In this document: positions 24,763 through 35,358 of the stretch, one piece after another
Layout: every line of letters starts with the position of its first letter
Position numbering within the stretch: the first letter of the stretch is position 1
Assembly: GCA_964405665.1 (NCBI GenBank)
Contig: CAYOOT010000002.1
Span: 24,751 to 88,750, forward strand
DNA: 64,000 bases
DNA from: an uncultured Bdellovibrionales bacterium
GTDB lineage: Bacteria; Bdellovibrionota_C; UBA2361; SZUA-149; CAZDWZ01
Direction of reading: 5' to 3'
Translations under genes and position numbers: made by a program
The notes under the pieces: model-generated
Told to the model about the DNA's origin: nothing
What the model saw: only the letters and a program-made list of their open reading frames with translations
The model's database searches: none

Positions 24763-27579
24763 TTGAAACTACTAAAGTTTTTTATCCCCTTCTTACTTGT
24801 GATGATTGGCTCCTTTAGCGCACCAACTTTTTTCCATTTTTTTGATAGTGCAAACTACAAACTGGTAATCGATTTAAAAGTAGACAAAGGTGATGCTGTC
24901 GGTATTTTTATTAATCAAAATTATTTTAAATATTATTCCAAAAAATTAGTTTTAAATCAAAGAACAAAATATTCTTTTGAAGATTTACCGGATAAAATTT
25001 CAGACTTAAGAATCGATCCCACAGGAGACAATGATGCCTCAATAGATTTATATAATATTTCAATCTACAAAAATAATCAGGTGATAGAAAGTCTTGGACC
25101 AAGCGATCTCCTCAAGTGGGGCGCTTTTTTCGCATCAACTCCGGCAAAAGTAGTGGACGATCATGTCAATGTTGTTTCCACCACAAATGACCCGATAATA
25201 ATGGGGAAATTTCATTATACAATTCCTTTTTCCGACAAAATTGGCCTAATGATTGGAGCTACCCCAGCTAGTTTTTCATTAACATTTTCTTGGGTCTTAT
25301 TATTTTGTCTAATGCTTGTTGGGATTTTTAAGAGGCAGTTACTGGAGTGGGGATTTTTTATCAGTGCCTTGTTTTTTTTAGCATTCTTGAAATTAGAAAC
25401 ATATCTTGTTCCTTGGTGCTTAGAAAAGATAACTGCACCATTGAGGATTTCTCAAAGTGTTGGCATCGCCAGTTACTCCGGAGTTCCTAAGCCAATTGAA
25501 ATAAAAACATTTCTTTCTATGTTGCTGCTAGCGATTATTTTTGGAGTTCTTTTGTATTATCTACTTAGTCTTTTATCTAAGATTGCAAAGTTTTTATCAT
25601 TTAAAGATTTAAAAAATAATCTTGTTAATGAAAATAAATTTTCAAATTTATTCTTCTTTTCAATTTTTATTACTATCTCCATCTTTAATTTTCCGGCAAT
25701 AAAGAAAGCTTTCGATCTCTTGCCAAATATTGATCATGCTCATGATTGGGATTCGATGGCAGTATTTAATTGGCAGTATGTAGCAAACTTAGGACTATTG
25801 CCCTTTAGAGATTATTGGTTTCCTTACGGTGGCTATTGGAATCAAATATCTCCCTTCCCCTGGGATATGTTTCGTTTTCATATCTATAAAACTATTGTCT
25901 TTGGTGTTTTTTCACTTTGCATCTATGCCCTCTGTAACTTTCGCAAATTATGGACCCTTTTAATCTTATCAATAGTGTTGATTCTTGTAGAAACTGGATA
26001 CTTAAAAGGGTTTTATCGATATGTGATGTGTATTGATATTACTCTATTATATTTAGTAATAATTAATCAAAATATCTTAAAACAAAAATGGTTAATATTG
26101 TATGGGGTTTTTGTCGGATGGATATTATCTTACGAACCGACGCAAGCAATTTACGGAGCAGTTCCGGTTTTACTTGTTTTTTTTAGAAGAAACTTTCAAG
26201 ACCCCAAAAAACTTTGGCAAAACTTTCTTTTGCATCTTCCGGCAATAATCTCTTTTTCCGCTATTGTTTTTATTTTTATAGCTAAAATGCTGATCTTTAA
26301 ACAGTGGAGTGGTTTTTTAGACTTTTATCAAAATATGGGAGCAATATCGGTTGCTGATTCTACCCCGGGAGGACTGTTATTTTGGAAAAACTCCGTTTTT
26401 CAAGAAGAAAACTTAGTATTAATCGCAACGCTTTGGTTAGTTTTATTGGGTACTTATTTTTATTACTCTGATTATAAACAAAAGGAATATAAAATAGAAA
26501 ATGATCTAATTATGAGCATGGGTGTTCTGGCGTCAATGATTTTCCTAAAACATCTGGTGCGGCCATTTATGGCTAATCAATTTATTATCATTCATATCTT
26601 AGCCTTGTTATTATATTTAGTAAGGTATTCAACTAGCTGGAGCAAGACACAGAAGAGTTTGGGCTTTTTGTCGTTGGGGTGTTTTTTGGGATGGGGATTT
26701 CAGACAGGCTTAACTAAAGATATTGTAGGTAGATACGTAGTTACTCCAAAAAATTTAATCGAAAACATTGAGGTGTTAGCACTTGATGAAGTTATCCTCA
26801 AAAAACAACAGGACTTATTTTTTAGTCCCGAGAATTTTATAAACTCTTCTCCAGATGTTCGCGACATTTATAATTTTTTTAATGCCCTTGAAGTCAATCA
26901 TTCAACACCAGAAATCTTTGTTCTGGGAGATGACAGCTTATTTTATATTATTTTAAAAAAAATCCCTCCACCATTTGTTAGTGTCTATGATGGCTCTGCG
27001 CTCTACGCTCAACAAACTATTCTCAACTGGCTAACTGCAAAAAATCCTGAATACGTTATTTGGAATTCTAGTAATAATACTTTTGACAATGTTCCAAATC
27101 CGGTAAGAGTACCCTTATTGTATGAATACGTTGCAAAAAACTATTTGCCATTTAAGAAATTCGGAAAATACTTTGTTCTTAAAAAAAGATCAGACAAGGA
27201 GAGTATTGATCTTGCTTTTTGGAAGGAAAACTTAGGTCAAGAACTGTCTTTGGGGTATGTGCCGGCAGAATCTAATATTAAGGATTTAGAGCCCTGCAAG
27301 AAGGATGCAGTGGAGTGTTATCAAGTTCTGGAGCTCACTCCTTTGCCAGAGAAATTGGGCCAGCCACTGAAAGTCTCTTTTATTGTGGGTAATGAAACTT
27401 TTGCAGTTCAGTTTCTTACGAGAAAATCAACAAAAAATTACTATATTACCTTAAATCGACTTTGGTTTTGGTCTTTAGCCAACGCTTCCGGTCAAAAAAT
27501 AGATTACCTAGCTGGTTCTGAATCATTTCTTGGCTCAAATATCAGTAAACACTCAATGAAAACCCACTTACTTTATTAA
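24763..27579 (+). CDS. Large polytopic membrane protein (GT-C-like glycan-modifying candidate) with N-terminal beta domain
   Basis: 938 aa, many TM segments, G..PFRDYWFPYG motif, periplasmic C-terminal domain; TTG start; located in glycan locus. Confidence 0.6.
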   Translation: MKLLKFFIPFLLVMIGSFSAPTFFHFFDSANYKLVIDLKVDKGDAVGIFINQNYFKYYSKKLVLNQRTKYSFEDLPDKISDLRIDPTGDNDASIDLYNISIYKNNQVIESLGPSDLLKWGAFFASTPAKVVDDHVNVVSTTNDPIIMGKFHYTIPFSDKIGLMIGATPASFSLTFSWVLLFCLMLVGIFKRQLLEWGFFISALFFLAFLKLETYLVPWCLEKITAPLRISQSVGIASYSGVPKPIEIKTFLSMLLLAIIFGVLLYYLLSLLSKIAKFLSFKDLKNNLVNENKFSNLFFFSIFITISIFNFPAIKKAFDLLPNIDHAHDWDSMAVFNWQYVANLGLLPFRDYWFPYGGYWNQISPFPWDMFRFHIYKTIVFGVFSLCIYALCNFRKLWTLLILSIVLILVETGYLKGFYRYVMCIDITLLYLVIINQNILKQKWLILYGVFVGWILSYEPTQAIYGAVPVLLVFFRRNFQDPKKLWQNFLLHLPAIISFSAIVFIFIAKMLIFKQWSGFLDFYQNMGAISVADSTPGGLLFWKNSVFQEENLVLIATLWLVLLGTYFYYSDYKQKEYKIENDLIMSMGVLASMIFLKHLVRPFMANQFIIIHILALLLYLVRYSTSWSKTQKSLGFLSLGCFLGWGFQTGLTKDIVGRYVVTPKNLIENIEVLALDEVILKKQQDLFFSPENFINSSPDVRDIYNFFNALEVNHSTPEIFVLGDDSLFYIILKKIPPPFVSVYDGSALYAQQTILNWLTAKNPEYVIWNSSNNTFDNVPNPVRVPLLYEYVAKNYLPFKKFGKYFVLKKRSDKESIDLAFWKENLGQELSLGYVPAESNIKDLEPCKKDAVECYQVLELTPLPEKLGQPLKVSFIVGNETFAVQFLTRKSTKNYYITLNRLWFWSLANASGQKIDYLAGSESFLGSNISKHSMKTHLLY

Positions 27580-27634
27580 AAATTTGACTGAGTATTTACC
27601 TCCAGTTATACTCCGACTTTTTCAAAGGGTAATT

Positions 27635-28444
27635 ATGTCAGATTTTGAATATAAAAAGTTTTTGGCGATGAAAGGTCTTTTTAAAAATGCTTTTCACTTG
27701 GCGCACAAGATTTTCCCTAATGGTGGAACTTGCCTTGAGTTTGGAGTGTTTCGAGGTAACAGCTATTTCTATCAAGCATCTCATATCAAAGAAACTTATA
27801 AAAATTCCAAATTGATCGGCTTTGACTCTTGGATGGGTTTGCCCGAAGAAACCAGTTCTGTCTGGCGTCCAAGAACTCATGCCAAAGGGGAATATTGTTC
27901 TACCAAGGATAATGTTTTAAATAAATTAGAATCAACCAACTTACTTGGAGACGAAAGATTTTCTTTCGTCGATGGTTTTTATTCAGACAGCTTAACTCCA
28001 GAGTTACAAAAAACTATCAGCAATGTGATCTTTATTAATGTCGACGTAGATATCTATCAGTCTACTATTGAACTTTTAGATTTTGTAAAACCACTGCTTC
28101 GTCCCGGAGTAATTATTTACTGGGATGATTGGAAAGATCCAAGAGCTAACAATCCTGAATTATGGGGCGAACACCTGGCTTGGGATCATTGGACAACTAA
28201 GAATCCAACATTTAAGGCTGAACTAGTAGAAACAAATTGGGTCAATCAAAGAATTATGGTCTTTACTGAAGCCAATGGCGGACAGTTATCAGATATTGGG
28301 CTTGATGTCGGTGGAGTTAAAGAATTGCTTCATGGATTTTTAACACCTACTGATAAACTAGTTAAAACAATCGTCAAAAGTAAGCCAGTTTCAGGATTAA
28401 TTGATTTTGGTTTTCAAATGTTAGGTAAAATTAGACCTCTATAA
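27635..28444 (+). CDS. TylF/MycF-family O-methyltransferase
   Basis: LEFGVFRG, GFDSWMGLP, DGFYSDSL, INVDVDIYQST, DDW; ATG 27635 preferred. Confidence 0.85.
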   Translation: MSDFEYKKFLAMKGLFKNAFHLAHKIFPNGGTCLEFGVFRGNSYFYQASHIKETYKNSKLIGFDSWMGLPEETSSVWRPRTHAKGEYCSTKDNVLNKLESTNLLGDERFSFVDGFYSDSLTPELQKTISNVIFINVDVDIYQSTIELLDFVKPLLRPGVIIYWDDWKDPRANNPELWGEHLAWDHWTTKNPTFKAELVETNWVNQRIMVFTEANGGQLSDIGLDVGGVKELLHGFLTPTDKLVKTIVKSKPVSGLIDFGFQMLGKIRPL

Positions 28445-28458
28445 GCTTAATATTTCGT

Positions 28459-28525
28459 GTAGGGGCGACCCTTGTGGTCGCCCGGAATATCCTGATAGAC
28501 GGGCGACCACAAGGGTCGCCCCTAC
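28459..28525. repeat. Inverted pair of GTAG-type REP elements
   Basis: gtaggggcgacccttgtggtcgcccg (28459-84) and its exact reverse complement (28500-25). Confidence 0.92.
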
Positions 28526-28551
28526 TGGAATAAAAGAAAGTCGCAATTTAA

Positions 28552-29913
28552 ATGAACTCAATAACTCACGAGATAGCAATAAAAGCAGAAAACCTATCCA
28601 AGATCTATCAGATCTACCAGCAGCCTATTGATCGCTTAAAACAAATGCTTTTTGGCAAAATTGCCAATAAAAAATTCTATACTGAATACTGGGCTCTTCA
28701 AGGTGTTGATTTAGAAGTTTATAAAGGTGAAACAGTAGGAATTATCGGGAAAAATGGTTCAGGAAAATCCACCCTACTACAAATGGTCTGTGGCACTTTA
28801 AATCCAACAAGTGGCTACCTAAAAACAAATGGCAGAATTGCCGCTCTCTTGGAATTAGGTGCAGGATTTAATCCGGAATTCTCCGGCAGAGAAAATGTCT
28901 ATCTTGCTGCCTCAATTTTAGGTTTAAACGATCAACAAATTAAAGAACGTTATAATTCGATTTGTGAATTTGCCGGAATCGGAGATTTCGTCGATCAACC
29001 GGTAAAAACATACTCCAGCGGAATGTATGCTCGCCTTGCTTTTGCTGTAGCGGCACATGTCGATGCGGAAATTCTAATCATTGATGAAATTTTAGCTGTT
29101 GGTGACATCCCCTTTATTCAAAAGTGCATGCGCTATATCAATAAATTTAAAGAAAACGGAACCATTTTCTTTGTCTCTCATGACATTAATGCCGTGATGA
29201 ATCTTTGTGACCGGGCATTATGGTTGGATAATGGTTTATCCAAAGGATTTGGTGAAACAAAGGATATTTGCAATCAATACCTAGCCTCAATTAGCGCGGA
29301 AGCAGCTAGCGGTCATAAGGATGCTGAAAGTTTTAAAATCGGCGGAACAAGAAAAGCAATAACCAAGGCTCCATTAGAAACAAAAGATGTTCGACACGAC
29401 CTACTGAAAGAATCTAATTTAAAAAATGTTGTGCAAATATTTGATTTCGATCCTGATGCTCCTTGGTATGGATGTGGTGGTGCCAGTATTCTGGATGTTT
29501 CTTTATTGGACGAAAGTGGAGAAAAAATAAAAGTATTTGCTGGTGGGGAGTTAGTAGCCTTAAAAATAACTTGTCTTGCTAATAAAGATTTGAAAAATCC
29601 AATAGTGGGATTCTATGTAAAAGACAGGCTCGGTCAGAATTTGTTTGGGGACAATACATATCTGTCCTTTTCCAACAAAAATGTAAGTATTAATTCTGCA
29701 GAAAAATTTGAAGCTAGCTTCAAATTTAACTTACCATATTTACCGCTTGGAGATTATTCTATTGACGTTGCCATTGCTGAAGGTTCTCAAGAAAACCATA
29801 TCCATCATATCTGGTCTTCCGATGTTTTATCGTTTAATGTAACAAACACTCATACTCATCAAGGATTAATTGGCATCCCCATTTTGGATATTTCATTAGC
29901 GCAAATCAACTGA
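28552..29913 (+). CDS. wzt: Polysaccharide ABC exporter ATPase with C-terminal Wzt-C carbohydrate-binding domain
   Basis: GKNGSGKSTLL, LLELGAGFNPEFSGRENV, YSSGMYARLAFA, IDEILAVGD, VSHD; C-terminal Ig-like domain. Confidence 0.92.
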   Translation: MNSITHEIAIKAENLSKIYQIYQQPIDRLKQMLFGKIANKKFYTEYWALQGVDLEVYKGETVGIIGKNGSGKSTLLQMVCGTLNPTSGYLKTNGRIAALLELGAGFNPEFSGRENVYLAASILGLNDQQIKERYNSICEFAGIGDFVDQPVKTYSSGMYARLAFAVAAHVDAEILIIDEILAVGDIPFIQKCMRYINKFKENGTIFFVSHDINAVMNLCDRALWLDNGLSKGFGETKDICNQYLASISAEAASGHKDAESFKIGGTRKAITKAPLETKDVRHDLLKESNLKNVVQIFDFDPDAPWYGCGGASILDVSLLDESGEKIKVFAGGELVALKITCLANKDLKNPIVGFYVKDRLGQNLFGDNTYLSFSNKNVSINSAEKFEASFKFNLPYLPLGDYSIDVAIAEGSQENHIHHIWSSDVLSFNVTNTHTHQGLIGIPILDISLAQIN

Positions 29914-29996
29914 AGCACAAAAATCTCGCCTAAAATCAACTTAAAAAAAACAAACTTGGTTTAATGAATCGAAATAGGAAATTTCCGTGGAGGGTA

Positions 29997-31904
29997 CTAA
30001 TTATCCATCCTTAAATCTGGGTATTGTTTTAACCAAAGTCCTAAATTTAACAAAGTAAATAGCTTAAAGCTATTATCTGCTTTCTTGGACTGATGATCGT
30101 CTAGCATTTTTTTAAATTGCTTTTGGCAAATCAATTCCTTAAATAATAAGTCATCTCCAAGGAAAGATGTAAAAACCCAAGCTAACCCTTGGTTCAACCA
30201 ATGAGCAACGGGGGCATTAAATCCCTTTTTCTTTCGATAAATTATTTGACTTGGGAGCACTCCTTCTTGGCTTTTTTTCAGAATATGTTTCTTACTAAAT
30301 CCCTTTAATTTTAAATTAACCGGTAATGTTGCAGCAAACTCAGCTATTCGATAATCTAGTAAGGGTGCTCTTAATTCTAAAGAACAAGCCATTGACATGC
30401 GATCGGCTTTTACCAAAATATCATTAACCAGCCAGGTTTTAATATCTACAAACATCGCTTGATCAATATAATGAGCAGAACCTACCTGATTATTGAAATA
30501 TTCAAATTGATTTCTGGCAATTGGTTTTGTTAATTCTGCTGAATATTTTTTTTGTATTAAATGATTTTTTTCCCGATCGCTAAATATCTCCCTCCAAGAG
30601 TAATGAGCCTGAGCAAAAGGCAAGCTATAGCCGGAAAGAAACTTTTTTATTTTAAAATCTAAGCTAACTTTATCAAAGGATGTAGGAATGAGTCCACTTG
30701 TTACTTTCGAAAATAAATTTAGAAGAGGTTTCGGAAAACAGTTTACATATTGATAAAGTTTATCGGCAATATAGGTTTCATAACCGGCAAACATCTCGTC
30801 CCCCCCATCTCCTGCTAAAGCAACTGTTACATAGTCTCTGGCATATTTAGAAAGATAGTATGTAGGAATCATCGAATTATCGGCAAAGGGCTCATCAGCA
30901 AGTCTAACTATCTCGGGTAAAATTTCGGCCATTTTTACATCAACAACTTTTTGCTTATGAGAAACCTTGAGAATATTTGCAACCAATTCTGCTTCAGGAA
31001 GTTCTGAATAACTTTTTTCTGGAAACCCTATAGAAAATGTTTTTACATCAGTTGGTTTTTTTTGAGCAGCCATCGCCGCAACAATGGAAGAAGAATCAAG
31101 CCCTCCACTAAGAAATGCTCCCAATGGCACATCGGAAATCATTCTCAGTTTGACGGCATCATCAATTAGACTTTTTAAATGCTTTGCCGCTTCTGTTTCA
31201 TCAATCTTAATTTTCTTATCAAAAAACTTTTCTAGCTGCCAATATTCCCAAATTTTGGGGCTTTCATTTTGTTTTAAAAGCAGATTGTGTGCCGGAGGAA
31301 GTTTTTTTACTCCCTTAATAATGGAAGAGTCTGTTAAAATATAACCTAAAGATAGATACTGATTAACTCCATCTAGATTAATTCTCTTTTTAATTTCAGG
31401 CTCATTTAATAGGGCTTTTACCTCTGAAGCAAAGACAATCCCTCCATCATTTAATAAATAATAGAATAACGGCTTTTTCCCTAATCTGTCTCTGGAGATA
31501 AAAAGAGTTTTGTTGGCAATATCCCAAAGAGCAAAGGCAAACATCCCATTAAATTCCTTAACGCAATCTGCTCCCCAATATTTATAGCCTTCTAAAATGA
31601 TCTCAGTATCGGAATGTGTTCTAAATTCCGCTCCCAGCAAAGTAAGTTCTTTTTTTAACTCCTGATAGTTATAAATCTCTCCATTAAAAACCACGCAATA
31701 CTTACGCTCTCGATCAAACATCGGTTGCTGCCCAGATTCACTAAGATCAATAATTGCCAAACGACGATGCCCTAGCCCGATATAATCATCAAAATAAAAA
31801 CCATCGGCATCAGGACCACGCAACGACATCTCATCAGTTATTTTTCTTAACAGTTTTTCTTCAGGCCGAATTGACCAACTAAGTTTTCCAGCTATGCCGC
31901 ACAT
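29997..31904 (-). CDS. asnB: Asparagine synthase-like glutamine amidotransferase (glycan amidation type)
   Basis: MCGIAG N-terminal Cys, GHRRLAIIDL, FNGEIYNY, RDRLGKKPL, LSGGLDSS, GDGGDEMFAGY, KKGF. Confidence 0.9.
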   Translation of the reverse strand: MCGIAGKLSWSIRPEEKLLRKITDEMSLRGPDADGFYFDDYIGLGHRRLAIIDLSESGQQPMFDRERKYCVVFNGEIYNYQELKKELTLLGAEFRTHSDTEIILEGYKYWGADCVKEFNGMFAFALWDIANKTLFISRDRLGKKPLFYYLLNDGGIVFASEVKALLNEPEIKKRINLDGVNQYLSLGYILTDSSIIKGVKKLPPAHNLLLKQNESPKIWEYWQLEKFFDKKIKIDETEAAKHLKSLIDDAVKLRMISDVPLGAFLSGGLDSSSIVAAMAAQKKPTDVKTFSIGFPEKSYSELPEAELVANILKVSHKQKVVDVKMAEILPEIVRLADEPFADNSMIPTYYLSKYARDYVTVALAGDGGDEMFAGYETYIADKLYQYVNCFPKPLLNLFSKVTSGLIPTSFDKVSLDFKIKKFLSGYSLPFAQAHYSWREIFSDREKNHLIQKKYSAELTKPIARNQFEYFNNQVGSAHYIDQAMFVDIKTWLVNDILVKADRMSMACSLELRAPLLDYRIAEFAATLPVNLKLKGFSKKHILKKSQEGVLPSQIIYRKKKGFNAPVAHWLNQGLAWVFTSFLGDDLLFKELICQKQFKKMLDDHQSKKADNSFKLFTLLNLGLWLKQYPDLRMDN

Positions 31905-31915
31905 CAAATTTTCTC

Positions 31916-32758
31916 TTAAGCAAAAGTTCTAAATTTAATTCCTAATTCTTCTACCATAGAGAAATCAGGATGGGGGTTGGGATTTACTAAACTAATTAAA
32001 CTATCACTTCTAAAATTCAATTTTAAACCGATTGTTTCAGCGGACTTAATTGCCAACCAGACAAGCTGCCAAGGAAGCGGGATAAAAAACGGGTCTTTAT
32101 TTAATTGCCTCGCTAACTTCTTTAAGATCTCAATAAACTCCCAAGGCACATTTGATGCGGCGGTAATTGCTTTAGTGAGATTAAGATCATTTGTAATTAT
32201 TTTAAAAATTAAATTTGCTAAATCTTCCTCATGACAAAGAAACATTTTTTCTTTTGCCCCAACCACAGGAACTATTGATGAATTTTTAATTGAATTTCTT
32301 AAAGAACCAACCATGCCACCAGAGGCATCACCATAAACTAATCCCGGCCTAATCGATATTCCGGAAATGGAGTTGGTAAATTTTTCTATTTCTAATTTTG
32401 CCTTTCCGTACAAAGAATGACAATTTTCAAAAGCAGAGATAGAAGATATAAAAATTATTTTTTTAACTCCTTTTGCTTTGGCCTCAGAGAGAAATTTAAT
32501 TGAAGGATCGACATTTTGTTTTTTTATTTCATTCCAGCTAATAGCCTTAAAATCATAAGCACAGTGAATCAAAACATCACAATTTGAAAAATGATCGGAA
32601 GCAAAATCTTCGCTCAGACTAAAATAAATAGTTTTGCCTAAAGATTCCTCTGATTTTCTCACCAAGGAAGTTACGGACATCCCCTGCTTCACTAAATGTT
32701 TTCTTATGGCAGAGCCTAGATATCCATTAGCTCCAGTGATAAAACAATTTAAATTCAT
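31916..32758 (-). CDS. NAD-dependent epimerase/dehydratase
   Basis: ITGANGYLG, FISS, YGKAK (YxxxK), RPGLVYG. Confidence 0.88.
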   Translation of the reverse strand: MNLNCFITGANGYLGSAIRKHLVKQGMSVTSLVRKSEESLGKTIYFSLSEDFASDHFSNCDVLIHCAYDFKAISWNEIKKQNVDPSIKFLSEAKAKGVKKIIFISSISAFENCHSLYGKAKLEIEKFTNSISGISIRPGLVYGDASGGMVGSLRNSIKNSSIVPVVGAKEKMFLCHEEDLANLIFKIITNDLNLTKAITAASNVPWEFIEILKKLARQLNKDPFFIPLPWQLVWLAIKSAETIGLKLNFRSDSLISLVNPNPHPDFSMVEELGIKFRTFA

Positions 32759-32765
32759 AAATTCC

Positions 32766-34331
32766 TTATTCTGTACTTAAATCTGCTATTCTTTGTGCGT
32801 TGGCCATTGCCGTAAATGTTATGGTGGGTGCAGGCACATTGGGGAAAACACTGGCATCGACTAGATGAATATTTTCCCAAGAAAAAGGTCTGCCCAAGAG
32901 ATCTGTTTCCAAATCTGATGGATTTAAAGACATCGGAAAACTCCCTCCCACATGCCTACCCTCTCCGGGCAAACCTACTTGCAACATAGGCTTAATAAAA
33001 ATTAAATCTGTAAATCTATTTAAACGATTAAGCTTCGTAATTAACTTCTTTATTCTCAGCTTGGCAAGAGGATTAATTATCCCTTTCATCTGAAGTTTTT
33101 TACCATCAAAACTTAATTCGATGGTAGATGAATTATTAGAATGTAAATATCCTTGCATCGCAAGCATTCTGCCTAAAATCTGTGCTTCAATCAGACCAAA
33201 AACAGGCTTGGCCCAGGAAAACATTTTATTTAGGGCCTTTTTATAAAGATCACTGTAGGTATAAAGCTGCATATGCACTGTATGTTCTGAAATATTTGAA
33301 TCAAAGCATTCTATAAATACTTGAGAAAGTGTGTGCATTCTTTCCTTTTCCACATCAGCAATCCTTTTTTTGGAAAACATTGGCACTAAAAAATATTCAC
33401 TTGCCTTAAGAGTGAGCACCTTATTAAAGGAAGATTTTGAATTAAGAATAATTCTAGCAGAAGATACTACCCCAGCTGCAAGGTACACTTTATCTCCTTC
33501 CAGCAAAAAACTTTCCTTATTAGTTCTTTGATACCCAAGAATTTTAACTATTTTCTTTTCTTCCTCTACTTTGGTAACAATAAACCCTGGAAGATATCTA
33601 AAGTTCCGCTCAAGCATTAGCTCTTTTAGAGTAGAAGTAGTGCTATAAATAATCGATTTTGGACAACCATATAGACAAAGTCCGCAATAGAGGCAATTAC
33701 TAGCATTCTCCCCTGAAGTGACAGCCAATCTAGATGATCCAAAAAATAAATTATTTTTTTTAAAAATCTCTTTATTTTTTTGCATTTTTTGCAGCAAATA
33801 TTTTGCCTGCTTGCTGGGAGTAAGTCTTTGTTTATCTTTAGAATAAGTTGGGAATACTTTTAATAAACCATCTTCTTCTGAACTTAGTGGCAGAAAAGAC
33901 ATAACGGATTGGTAATATTTTTCTAAATCGCTAACTTTAATTGGCCAATCCTTAATGTCTTTTTCTGAATAAGGAAGAACAGCAGAACCCCAAACATTAC
34001 TAAAGCCTCCTTGAGCTAGAGTCGGAGTAAAACTGCCAATATTAGTTCCGATAAACGGTAGATGATTTTCTACTTCTTGATAGGGAAAATCTGAGCCATA
34101 AATTAATTTTTTTTGCATCCCTTTAGGATCGGAAGAGACTCCCTCCTTAAAAGAATCAATGATTGCTGGATCCCAATTTTTAGGATTATTCTTATCAAGC
34201 GATACAAGCTTATTTTCTCTTTGCTTCTCTAGGCCGATACCCCCATCAAGCATTGTAACGGCAAATCCTTTACTTAAAAGTATTTTTGCTGTCGCTACGC
34301 CTGTTGGGCCTGATCCGATTATATAGAACAT
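32766..34331 (-). CDS. FAD-dependent GMC-family oxidoreductase
   Basis: IIGSGPTG, GGFSNVWG, C..CG.C..GC, LAAG, H.GG, VDASVFP..P...IT.TAMANA. Confidence 0.82.
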   Translation of the reverse strand: MFYIIGSGPTGVATAKILLSKGFAVTMLDGGIGLEKQRENKLVSLDKNNPKNWDPAIIDSFKEGVSSDPKGMQKKLIYGSDFPYQEVENHLPFIGTNIGSFTPTLAQGGFSNVWGSAVLPYSEKDIKDWPIKVSDLEKYYQSVMSFLPLSSEEDGLLKVFPTYSKDKQRLTPSKQAKYLLQKMQKNKEIFKKNNLFFGSSRLAVTSGENASNCLYCGLCLYGCPKSIIYSTTSTLKELMLERNFRYLPGFIVTKVEEEKKIVKILGYQRTNKESFLLEGDKVYLAAGVVSSARIILNSKSSFNKVLTLKASEYFLVPMFSKKRIADVEKERMHTLSQVFIECFDSNISEHTVHMQLYTYSDLYKKALNKMFSWAKPVFGLIEAQILGRMLAMQGYLHSNNSSTIELSFDGKKLQMKGIINPLAKLRIKKLITKLNRLNRFTDLIFIKPMLQVGLPGEGRHVGGSFPMSLNPSDLETDLLGRPFSWENIHLVDASVFPNVPAPTITFTAMANAQRIADLSTE

Positions 34332-34332
34332 T

Positions 34333-35241
34333 TTATGAAATGTTTGATTGTTCTGAATAAGAAGCTGAGCGCCTCACTACAACCTCAGCAAGAATTCCTA
34401 GAACAAATACCTGAACTCCAAGAATAAATAAAATTACTGCCAAACTTCCTATCGCTCCTAACCTCACAAAATCAATACCACCTTTCAATGCACCTAGACC
34501 CATAATACCAAAAGCAATTGGTAGAAAAAATCTCAAAGGTTCAAAATAAGATGCGATTCTTAGAATAAGCATTGTAAAAGTTAAGAAGTCTTGCACCGGT
34601 CTAATATTAGATTTTCCAACTCTTCGTTGATAGATGATTGGCACATATACAATTCGATAGTTAGTATAAAGCGAGGCAAGTGTTATTGTTGTTGTAAAAG
34701 AAAATCCCATAGGCAATAAACTTTTAAACTCTCTGTATAAACGATGCTTAAAAACTCTCATCCCAGAATTTAAATCAGGTACCATTGTTCCTGTAAGTAT
34801 ATGAGTCATTTTCCTTAAGGTCCAACGGGCAATTCGATGAAATGGTTTTGAAGAAATACCAATTCCCTCTCTTGCTCCCACCACCATATCCGCACCAGCC
34901 GTAGCTTCATTTATTAGCTTACTCAAATCTTCAATAGGATAAGTTGCATCTGCATCGACAATAAAAACCCACTCATGTTTGCAATAATTTAAACCGGTTT
35001 TCAGAGCTGCTCCGTAACCTCTATTCACTTGATGAGTGATTACTTTAATGTCAGAAATTTCACTAAGAATTTTAGCAGAGCTATCTGAGGATCCATCATT
35101 TACACAAATAATTTCAAAGTTCCATTGAGGAATTTCAGAAATGATTTTTTTTATTCTTTGAACAGTCTGTGCAATCGCATCTTCTTCGTTATAAACCGGA
35201 ATAATAATTCCGCAGCTAAGTTTGTTACTTTCTGTTTGCAT
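34333..35241 (-). CDS. GT2 glycosyltransferase (polyprenol-phosphate glycosyltransferase-like) with C-terminal TM helices
   Basis: IIPVYNEE, VNDGSSD, NRGYGAALKTG, VDADATY, DLNSGMRVF. Confidence 0.9.
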   Translation of the reverse strand: MQTESNKLSCGIIIPVYNEEDAIAQTVQRIKKIISEIPQWNFEIICVNDGSSDSSAKILSEISDIKVITHQVNRGYGAALKTGLNYCKHEWVFIVDADATYPIEDLSKLINEATAGADMVVGAREGIGISSKPFHRIARWTLRKMTHILTGTMVPDLNSGMRVFKHRLYREFKSLLPMGFSFTTTITLASLYTNYRIVYVPIIYQRRVGKSNIRPVQDFLTFTMLILRIASYFEPLRFFLPIAFGIMGLGALKGGIDFVRLGAIGSLAVILFILGVQVFVLGILAEVVVRRSASYSEQSNIS

Positions 35242-35358
35242 ATTGACTATTACTTAGTTAAAAGATATTTTTTATTAACATATAACAAACATTACGATAA
35301 ATTGGAAATTATCAATGATAGCATGTTTTAACTCTTATTATAAACTCTAATAATTCCT

